A DNA stretch of 63,071 bases, filler included, from Lenisia limosa (taxonomy: Eukaryota > Protista > Breviatea), in NCBI GenBank assembly GCA_001655205.1. It is 13 parts of 13 records of this genome, joined end to end, with 100 filler letters (N's around TTAATTAATTAA, not from the genome) between each part and the next. Parts side by side here need not be neighbours in the genome. Positions count along the whole stretch, not along the records: positions 44,491 to 52,042 come from LPNZ01009093.1; positions 52,143 to 54,529 come from LPNZ01010140.1; 11 more parts are not named here. One strand, given 5' to 3'. Under the pieces are notes generated by a model, which was given only the letters and a program-made list of their open reading frames with translations, was not told where the DNA came from and did no database searches. Each line of letters begins with the position of its first letter. Positions within the stretch are counted from its first letter, which is position 1. The position numbers were made by a program, and so were the translations under genes. Of the stretch, positions 45,230-54,629 are shown in pieces.

Positions 45230-48200
45230 GGAAGAAGTTACTAACGAAGTGGCAGTTGATCATTTGGACAAAGGAGGTGAACGTGAGGGATTTGAAGTTT
45301 GGAGTCTTCCACACCTGTTTGAATGTCTTTATCACACCATAAGCTAGAGGGTTACCAGGGTTATGTTGTATGAAAAGTGCTATAAGGGTTTTGTATGCTA
45401 AAGTGTCATGTTGAGATGCAAAATGGTATGTTTGTATGTTACACGTGTGAAAATGATTCAAAAAGTGATATGATCGTCTTTATCCTTCTAATTGGAAATT
45501 AATTGCATTGAAATCAAAGGGTCTGAAATGCAGATCTGGTTAAACTAAGTTCTCAATTAGTTTAATAGTCAAACAATCCAAGAACGCTCAGCACCCCACC
45601 CACTCCATTTTGTTGATATTAACCCTCATGTGCTGTCAGCGATTTGGGCTTTTTTCCAATTTTACTTTTTTGTTTCATAAATTCTCCAATTTTACTTTTT
45701 TGCTTCATAAATTTTCTGATTTTACCCCTTCCCCCGCCCCGAGAAATTCACAGCCAACCCGCCACCCCCNNNNNNNNNNNNNNNNNNNNNNNNNNNNNNN
45801 NNNNNNNNNNNNNNNNNNNNNNNNNNNNNNNNNNNNNNNNNNNNNNNNNNNNNNNNNNNNNNNNNNNNNNNNNNNNNNNNNNNNNNNNNNNNNNNNNNNN
45901 NNNNNNNNNNNNNNNNNNNNNNNNNNNNNNNNNNNNNNNNNNNNNNNNNNNNNNNNNNNNNNNTGAATTTCACGATAAATCCTCGAAAACTATCGATATA
46001 TTCATAGGGTTTTTCGAGGTAAATCTCGATAACCATCAGCTTTGCTATTGCTAGCCAACAGAATTGATTTTGGACTTAATGTGGCTTAATTTTCAAATTT
46101 GACCCTCCCATCCCAATACCGCAAATTCCCCCATTTTACCCCTACCCACTTTGCCGTTTTCAGCAGTTCTGCGGCGTAATAGTACGAACCTGCCGCGAGG
46201 ACAGAGAAAATGCATACAGCAGTCTGAATTCCAGAGAGATCTGAGAAATTATCTTTGATTTTTACATTATCTTTGATTTTTACATTATCTTTGATTTTTA
46301 CATTATCTTTGATTTAATCTTCACCCGAGGGTAGGGTATTAATCATAAGAGGGTGTCCCTACGGTCCCAAAAAAAGACAAAATGATAAATACTTGATAAA
46401 TCCTCGATAAATACTCCTATCGGTCTTTTTTTAAGGGAAGTAGGTAAAAAGTAAGATTTAGTGAAAAAATAATATGCCAGTTCTCTCCATTCTCCCAATT
46501 CTCTATATACATGTAGCTATACATGTACATATCGATATGTATTGTATATACTTGGGGCTTCATTTCGGTGAAAAAAAAGAATAAAAGCGATATTTTATCT
46601 GATTTTTTTTCGAACCAAAGTAAAGCCCTTAATATACTATCTCAAAACACCCCCCTCCCCCGCAAACCGTTTCTGTCATACACAGTGAAGGAGAAAAAGA
46701 CTGAAAGAGAGCCGATGAGCGCTCCAATGGACCCGCAGGTGAGCGCTGGAAGAGTAACAATTGGTCAAAGTGATAAAGCCGAAATATTCTCTGTTGTAAT
46801 TACTTGTGGAGATGGATTTCCAGTCTGCTCCCACCAATAGTTCGCTCGGATTGATCTCGTGAAATGTCAGTGAGAACCGAAAGTTGCCGAAGATACACCA
46901 CCGTTAGTCCAGAGTCATAGACAAAGAGGGTCACGAGGAAATGCAACCCCACAATAAACTAAAATATTAATGTATTGAAAAATTATTTTCAAAATTTGAA
47001 GTCGGACATATTGTAACGAAAACCCAATTCCAGCGACACTTTAATTTCTAATTTTGTCAATTAATCATCTAAACAAATTAATTGCACGGAGCCCTATGAA
47101 ATATGAAGGGGTAATGGGGCGTTTTCACTTCGGTTCGAAAAATACCTGTAAAATATCAATAATTTTCGAAGATTTATCGAGAATTTCCGTCTTTTTTTGA
47201 ACCAAAGTGAAGCCCTAGGTATGCATGAATTAACTAAAGTATGAATGAACAAATTTAAATGTGAAGGGTTAATAAATATGATAAATTACAATGTAACAGC
47301 AAAACAAAAGAGAGAGATCCCCCCACCCACCCCCCAACTTCCATTATAGAGTATGTCATACATAGCAATGGGAGCAAAAATAAAGCTGATATTGAATTAT
47401 AGTATAATATTAATTCACCCAATCATTTGCCTTACAACTCTGTGCGCACAGCTTTCTGCATGCCTCACCAGCATACCTTAAACATGTATAGTATATGATA
47501 TCGATATCATATTGTATATCAGAGATACTATATTCATTACATGCGAACCACCCACCGAATACTCCGGAGGCGCCCATGGGAAAAAAGGCAAGAGGAATGC
47601 AATGGAGTAAAGGACCCCCACATATCTGAAAGATAAAAAAAAATACCCTTTTGTTTGTTGACATTTTAGAGCGAGAGTACGCCTTCACTCCGATGTGAAA
47701 AAAGTAGAGTTCCGTGCAATTAATTAATGTGAAGCGTGACATATTGTAATGTAAACTTAGATACTAAATTAAACTAATTGCACAGAGTCGAAAAAGATAG
47801 GTAAACTATGGAAATATTTTGGTTCGGAAGTAGTGTTACACTTCGGTTTGGTTCGGTTTCGGTATTACTAGAGATATGAAACAATACTCTTCGTGGGCAT
47901 TCGATATTGAGAGATGGATAATAAAAATAAGGTATATCTGACCAAAGCCGGCCACACCATCACACTTCTCAGAGAGATACGGGATCTAGTTAACTAGTTG
48001 GGTCAGCATTCTAATTATATGTGGAAATGAGAAGATTAACAAGGTATATTTTGACAGTACCCCCTTCCCACAATAATCTTACCCCCACCCAACTTGAAAA
48101 TTTCAACGTGCCGCCGGAGGATATACATTCCTCCCTGGAGAATAAAAGAAAAGAAAATTAAGACAAAATAATGGGATTGGTTTGATTGAAGCTATATCGA

Positions 48201-48910
48201 CAGCGATTGGTCTGATTGGCGCTACCCTCCAATTAGTAACCCAATTAAGTCCTAATCTTTGATGGTGCTCTCTGAAAAACTAGAATCTATTATTCTAATA
48301 TCAATCTGAGTGTATTTATGTTTAGTAACCCATTAAAGCCCTTGCCGTTGGTTGGTATATGCTAGTAACTAGCGCGGCTTCACTTCGGTTCAAAAAAAGA
48401 CTGAAATTCTCGATAATATTCGAAAATTATCGCTCTTTACCTGGAAATTTTTGCACTGAAGTGAAGCACTAAAACCAATAAAAGCCCCTCTACCTTTGGT
48501 GGTGCCAGAGTGTCCATGAGCCAGCCAAAAAGAGGGTCATTGACAGAGTTCCACACAATGAATAGAACCTCCACAACTGAGAACCAAAGCAATGAAACCT
48601 GAAGGGAATGGGTAAAATTCGATGAAGAATATTGGCGTAAAGGTGCTGATAATCATTTGCCTTCCAACCCTGTCACAGCTTTCTACGTACCTCCCAATAA
48701 TTCACCCAACCACCCCTTTGTAGGTACTTTGGAAGCAATACCCCTTGGGCTTCACTTCAATTCAAAAATACCGGGAAAATATCATAGTTTTCTAGGAATT
48801 ATTGAGAAATTCAGTCTAAATACCCCACCTTATAGGTGCTGTAAAACAAGTCAATGTGGTAGACGAGGAAGACGTTGTGAAGAAGCGTATTGGCAAACGA
48901 AAGAAAAGCT
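45230..48910 (-). CDS. MFSD13A: MFS transporter MFSD13A/TMEM180-like (multi-exon, partial)
   Basis: NTLLHNVFLVYHIDLF; WNSVNDPLFGWLMD; GGPLLHCIPLAFFP; LHFLVTLFVYDSGLT...DISRDQSERT; IGSLSVFFSF; FVQMINCHFVSNFFP, collinear with known TMEM180 motifs. Confidence 0.88.
46553..46631. mobile_element. MITE family 1 copy
   Basis: tggggcttcatttcggtg ... cgaaccaaagtaaagccctta. Confidence 0.7.
47115..47217. mobile_element. MITE family 1 copy
   Basis: ttttcacttcggttcgaaaaa ... tttttgaaccaaagtgaagcccta. Confidence 0.8.
48374..48471. mobile_element. MITE family 1 copy
   Basis: gcggcttcacttcggttcaaaaaaagac ... gcactgaagtgaagcacta. Confidence 0.75.
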
Positions 48911-50199
48911 GGAGGAATAAAATTGGTAAATTTATGAAACAAACAAAAACCAGAAACTGGGGTGCAATAATGGGAATAGTTAAGGCCCCGGAAGTGGGGA
49001 GTGTAGAGAGGGGTCTTTACCAGATTTATGATAAAGCGGCTGTTGTTGTTAGCCAATGCTTGCAAATTGAGATGGGTACGGATTGTTTTTTTATTGTTTT
49101 TTGTTTCCATATTCGCAAAGCAAACATTAATATTATGTCGTGGCTTTTCTTGTAATCAGTGCAAATGTTAAAGGGGGAGGGTTCCTTGACTGAGATTAGT
49201 TCCTTTAAAATTTTTGACACAGCGGGTTGTCCAGATGTCATGTGCTCCTTCCAAGATAGGGGATATCTTGTTTGCAAGAGATTTGTTTCGTAGAGGTGTT
49301 TAAAATATGTCAATAAAACAATAAATTTGTGTCAGTTTTGGAATGAGGCCAGCAGCTATGTATGTGTAATCGATATTTTGGAAGATATCGTGACTTGGAG
49401 TTGATATTTGGTTCAATTGCATTTTCTTTGGCGAGAGTAGTTTTGCATCTTTCTTGGATTGCTACAAGTACATGCCATACGGGAGACGGAATACGGAAGA
49501 ATAATGTCAAGAGGGATGAATGGTGGTCTTATTTGCATTGGTAAAAATATAAACTCCCAGAATCGAGAAGAAAAAAAAAATCAAATAAAAAAAATATATA
49601 TATATCTGGTTAGTATAAGTCTCGGAAGGAGACAATGAAATATGGTGGCGAAAAATGTGGAGAAGGGAAAACGTTCCAGGCCATCTATATTTCAGATTCC
49701 AGATTTCAATAAAACCCACCAACCATAGGCAACACACGCTTGAGAAGCCCTTCCGGACACTACATCAGTGACATCTGCGAACCAAGACGACAAAGCGTCC
49801 ATCCTCGGCTGGAAGAAATCGGACTTTGTAACGTGAGTGTGTGTGTAACGTGGAGAGAGGCAAAGGTGAGAAGCACTGCGCTTTTTGTCTGTTTCTTGGG
49901 TTTGTACATCCCCAGATACATGATACATTTAACAAATTTTCAGAGATTTTGGAATGAGAAGTGTTAGAGAACGAACATTAATTTGAATTAATTCATTAAG
50001 GTAAAAGATATAAGTTTAGTTAGAGCAAAACAAGAGAGAAATCTGAGTGTGATCATCTAACTGCTCTGGGCCACCACCATTGGTCTCCTAGAAACGTTTA
50101 AATAGCTTGATTGCTATAATTATTGTTTTATAGTGTCAAACAATCAATTCCCGCTGAACAATGGACTCAACCATTCCCATTCCTCACAAGCTTCCCCTC

Positions 50200-51665
50200 C
50201 ACTCTCTTCCTGGCGATCCTTCAGAGCCGTTGGGAGCGAAAATGGTGGGTGGCTATTATTTGTACAATCTTTAAAAAGATGGTTTGATAGTCGATTGATT
50301 TATAGCGTGTTTTTTGTGCTGTTCATCCCCACTTCTCTGTTCAAAAACAGGTAAAATATTGAGATTTATGAATTTGAAGACCGCAGGCGATACTTTAATG
50401 ATACTGTGAATTAGTATTATTGATGGTGTGTACGATTTCAGCCAGATACAACCTTGTTTTATTTCTCAGCTCTATCAACAAAATAATCCAATATCTCTTT
50501 AGCGTGATGGTGTGGACGGCTTCGGTCAGATACTATAATAATCCTATATAGTACTATATATAATTATATAATATATAAATATCGATATATCTTATCTTAG
50601 AAGCGTGATGGTGTAGACGGCTTCGGCCAGAAACAACCTTATTTTTTATTTCTCATTGCTACTTTTCCACGAACCCCTATTATCTGCTAACAAGAGCATC
50701 TCATCAACGCCCAGTATTAACACCTCAATTGAATCTTGAAAATTTAATAACTTTAATTACCTTTACATAGCTCCACTATTCCATAACACCCAAAGCAATC
50801 TTAACCATTGTAGAGCTCGGAGCAACTGTTGTCCCAGTCGTCAGTGACATTTGTTGATGCTGTACTCAGGAACGACATGAGCCGTCTTGTCGACCTGACG
50901 ACCTGTACCCAGCTAGAGCTTAAGAACCAGGCCGCAATTATTAAGGAGAAAGGTGGGGGGTCATTACAGCTAGAGCTTAAGAACCCGAATGCTGTTATAT
51001 GGAAAAAGGTAGTATTAATTTGCCCAATATAATACATATCATGTCCATTTTCGACTCACAGCCGATTATTTGTTGCATAGTTTTCTATTGTAGTTGTATA
51101 TGGTATCTCTTGTGAAGAAAAACCCCCCAATTACCATGAGGGCTTCACTTCAGTTCAAAAAAAGACCGGTAAAATATCAATAGTTTTTGAATATTTATTG
51201 AATCGAAGTGAAACCCCTGTCATCCCGATACGATAATCCCTTTCAGATAAAAATCATCATATAGTGATACTTCTTATGCTAATTGCCTCTCAGACGCAAT
51301 CATTGCGGATGAAACACAAAGGCGAAAACGCTGCGAGGCGGAGATCAAGCGTCTGAGAGCACACCTCGCCGCCGCAAAGAAGAACTCTGACTATTCCGTG
51401 GGGTGATGGTGTTGATTATTTATAGGATGCTGAGAATGACTTTTATGATTAACCAGCAGAATGGCTTTCATGAATTCCCCCCAAAACACCCCAGAATAGC
51501 CTTCCTTACCCCACCCCCACCACGAATAGCCCCCTAAGTTGATTTTTGGCTTTTTTTGTCATTAATTTTCCCATTTACCCCACACCAGATAGCCCCCCTT
51601 CGTGACCAGGCTGCTGATGTCGCAACAAAAGAACTCGTGGAAAGCTTCAGACAAAGGGACGCCGT
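50200..51665 (+). CDS. Coiled-coil protein exons (uncharacterised)
   Basis: TFVDAVLRNDMSRLVDLTTCTQLELKNQAAIIKEK|AIIADETQRRKRCEAEIKRLRAHLAAAKK|IAPLRDQAADVATKELVESFRQRDA. Confidence 0.55.
51138..51218. mobile_element. MITE family 1 copy, intronic
   Basis: gagggcttcacttcagttcaaaaaaagacc ... tgaatcgaagtgaaacccct. Confidence 0.75.
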
Positions 51666-52143
51666 GAGGGGATTACACATACATTGCGGCGCATCTACTT
51701 GGGATTCTTGTGAAAACGGAATTCTTATCTTTTACATACTTTTATGGAAATTTGAAGATATTTATGAGGTCACCAAATAATAAAAGGAAATCACAGGTCG
51801 CTGTGCCGTAGTGTAGAACGAAGTTATTATCAAGGATTTATCGAGGGAGTTTATCAAGGGCTTATCGAGGGTTTATCGAGGGGTTTCGAGGGTTCTATGG
51901 AGGGTTTTGATGTGGCGATGATGTCATCCTCTTATTAGCTTGATGTGTGGACGGCTTCAGCCAGATACAACCTTTTTACTTTTATTTCTTATATATATAC
52001 ATGTATATAAAGTATGGTGTACATGTATATTTACTGAGGGGGNNNNNNNNNNNNNNNNNNNNNNNNNNNNNNNNNNNNNNNNNNNNTTAATTAATTAANN
52101 NNNNNNNNNNNNNNNNNNNNNNNNNNNNNNNNNNNNNNNNNNG

Positions 52144-52311
52144 TTCCATAAATTTATTAGGAGCAATCCAAATGTAAAATGGTATATAAAGGTAATCCAT
52201 ACAGGGACAAATATGAAAGAGAAGTTTTACTTTGAGAGATATTATCAACGTATTTATGCTCCTATTGGAAGCTATAGTTATAATTCTAAGACCCTTAAAA
52301 AGGTGTTTTAG
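52144..52311 (+). CDS. C-terminal fragment of a possible GIY-YIG endonuclease
   Basis: FHKFIRSNPNVKWYIKVIHTGTNMKEKFYFERYYQRIYAPIGSYSYNSKTLKKVF*; the E-x2-Y...YN ending resembles the GIY-YIG core C-terminus; N-terminus lost at scaffold edge. Confidence 0.4.
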   Translation, partial: FHKFIRSNPNVKWYIKVIHTGTNMKEKFYFERYYQRIYAPIGSYSYNSKTLKKVF

Positions 52312-52326
52312 AAATATATTTTTTTA

Positions 52327-53193
52327 CTATTCTTCTATAACCCTATATCTCCCTTTTCTCACCTCATCAGCATATTTAACATAGTCAGGGAATAAGTATT
52401 TCCAATATCTTTTCCAATAAGGTTCTATTTCTTTTTCCATCTTTAAGTATTTTTCACTTTCATCCCCAGCTTCTGGATATAAATCATTCAAAACTAAATC
52501 GGTGTTCATCAAATTTATCCAATGGTCTTCATCATCTTTATCAACTCCTCGACCATCTTCCATAGCATTCAATATTAATTTTCTTTGTTTACTAGGAGGA
52601 AACATAATTAGGGCTGGTGTTTGGAATCTAAGATCTGATAAGTATCTATCTTTCATATATTCTAGTTGATTAAACTCTTCGGTGTTTGTAACCCTCATTT
52701 CTTCAGTACTTCTTAATTCTTTTCTTTGACTAACTCTACATGCTTTACATGTACCTCTATAACCTCCAGAAGATAGTTTTTCAAAATCAGAATTTGGAAG
52801 TTTTAGTTGACAAGATTTACACTCTTGATATTTACTAACATCCTCTTTCGGTTTTCTTCTCTTTATCTTTGAACATTCTATACAATAGGTTTTAAAGGTA
52901 GTGCCTTCTGAATTATTTGGGGAGAAATTTTCCTTCTTGTTTAGATGTCTATGACAACTTATACAATATTTTGTATCTACACAGTCTACACAAGTAGGTT
53001 TGAATTTTGTATTCTCCTTATTTTTAGATATAAAGTATTTTGTATCTCTAATCTTGTTACAAACATTACACTTCTTGTTTTTTCTACAAGGTATACATAC
53101 ACTTTCGAACCTTGTCTTTTCTTTATTTTTTGGAACAAAATTATTTTTGCTAACTCTCTTTTTACATTCAGTACAATATTTATCTAGGGTCAT
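52327..53193 (-). CDS. 288-aa protein with four tandem CxxC...F...CxxC zinc-ribbon repeats and an unknown acidic C-terminal domain
   Basis: CTEC..F..CIPC, CNVC..F..CVDC, CISC..F..CIEC, CKSC..F..CKAC; intronless and Lys-rich, typical of large-DNA-virus and PLV ORFs. Confidence 0.8.
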   Translation of the reverse strand: MTLDKYCTECKKRVSKNNFVPKNKEKTRFESVCIPCRKNKKCNVCNKIRDTKYFISKNKENTKFKPTCVDCVDTKYCISCHRHLNKKENFSPNNSEGTTFKTYCIECSKIKRRKPKEDVSKYQECKSCQLKLPNSDFEKLSSGGYRGTCKACRVSQRKELRSTEEMRVTNTEEFNQLEYMKDRYLSDLRFQTPALIMFPPSKQRKLILNAMEDGRGVDKDDEDHWINLMNTDLVLNDLYPEAGDESEKYLKMEKEIEPYWKRYWKYLFPDYVKYADEVRKGRYRVIEE

Positions 53194-53247
53194 TTATAGG
53201 AAAAAGAAAAACACATTTATTTTTTTCTTATTTTTTTTAAAAAAATG

Positions 53248-53875
53248 AACACTAGTGTGGGGTCAATAAATAATTCATACTTGCTTTACCCCCCTATAGT
53301 ATGTTCTAAAAATGTTTGTACAGTTTGTATATTTTATATAGAACGATCTAGACTCAATTATATTATTGACTCCACAACATTGTTCATTTATTAGTAAACA
53401 ATAAAATATATTAATTAATATAAATAATTTATACTTACCTCTCCCTCAGTAGATTCTAACAAACAAGGTTGTATAATATTATTAGCTCAATTATATAGAC
53501 TCAATTATATTATTGACTCCACAACATTGTTCATTTATTAGTAAACAATAAAATATATTAATTAATAAACACTTATATGGAGTCAATAAATAATTCATAC
53601 TTACTCCATCCCTATAGTATGTTCTAAAAATGTTTGTATATTTTATATAGAATGATATAGACTCAATTATATTATTGACTCCACAACATTGTTCATTTAT
53701 TAGTAAACAATAAAATATATTAATTAATGAACACTTATATGGAGTCAATAAATAATTCATACTTACTCCATCCTCTATAGTACGTTCTAAAAATGTTTGT
53801 ACAGTTTGTATATTTTATATAGAATGATCTAGACTCAATTATATTACTGACTCCACAACATTGTTCATTTATTTA
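53248..53875. repeat. Tandem array of about 162-172-bp units (about 3.5 copies), each with an internal inverted repeat; further partial copy at 54403-54529
   Basis: Unit starts at 53248, 53568 and 53730; GGAGTCAATAA ... TTATTGACTCC in each unit. Confidence 0.92.
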
Positions 53876-53932
53876 TACAATTCTATGTTGGTATTTCTAA
53901 AGAGGAAAAAAATAAGTTCCCTAAGGATTTTA

Positions 53933-54381
53933 TCATTGAAATAATTTTAAAATATTTTCTCTTGTTGGTTTAATTCCAAGTATAAATAGAATACAGTAAT
54001 AACCACAAAAGATACTGTTCACTTTTTGTAACCTCTTATCAACAACTTCTTTTAGTCCATAATTTTCCAATTCTTGGATTGGGGGGTGACCAAAACTGTC
54101 AANNNNNNNNNNNNNNNNNNNNNNNNNNNNNNNNNNNNNNNNNNNNNNNNNNNNNNNNNNNNNNNNNNNNNNNNNNNNNNNNNNNNNNNNNNNNNNNNNN
54201 NNNNNNNNNNNNGGTGAAAACAGTAACAATTGTTTGGTACGCAATTTCTAATTTCAAATAATGTTAATGGTTTAATCTCGAAATTTCCTAGTTCTACCAG
54301 GGTGTCCAAGGGCTCCACCCCTCTGGTATCTAGGATATGGAGCTCCAAATCCGCGTTGGGATGCATATTTATCAATCTCAT
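53933..54381 (-). CDS. Adenain-like (clan CE) cysteine protease of Polinton/PLV/virophage type; gap in the middle
   Basis: KPLTLFEIRN ... [110 N] ... FDSFGHPP ... RLQKVNSIFCGYYCILFI. FDSFGxPP and QxxxSxxCGxYC are hallmark Maverick/adenovirus protease motifs; the catalytic His is expected within the gap. Confidence 0.82.
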
Positions 54382-54629
54382 TTGCTCCTCTTNNNNNNNN
54401 NNCCTATAGTATGTTCTAAAAATGTTTGTACAGTTTGTATATTTTATATAGAATGATATAGACTCAATTATATTATTGACTCCACAACATTGTTCATTTA
54501 TTAGTAAACAATAAAATATATTAATTAATNNNNNNNNNNNNNNNNNNNNNNNNNNNNNNNNNNNNNNNNNNNNTTAATTAATTAANNNNNNNNNNNNNNN
54601 NNNNNNNNNNNNNNNNNNNNNNNNNNNNN

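Larger units (their letters stand above)
52143..54529. mobile_element. Polinton-like virus / Maverick / virophage-related fragment (whole scaffold)
   Basis: Intronless, much more AT-rich than host exons; adenain-type protease motifs, multi-Zn-ribbon ORF, GIY-YIG-like tail and palindromic tandem repeats. Confidence 0.75.

Noticed and set aside
53248-53875. Repeat arrays as possible CRISPR (also 18180-18330, 19140-19230, 20688-20734)
   Set aside because: Units are head-to-tail without unique spacers, there are no cas genes, and the context is eukaryotic.
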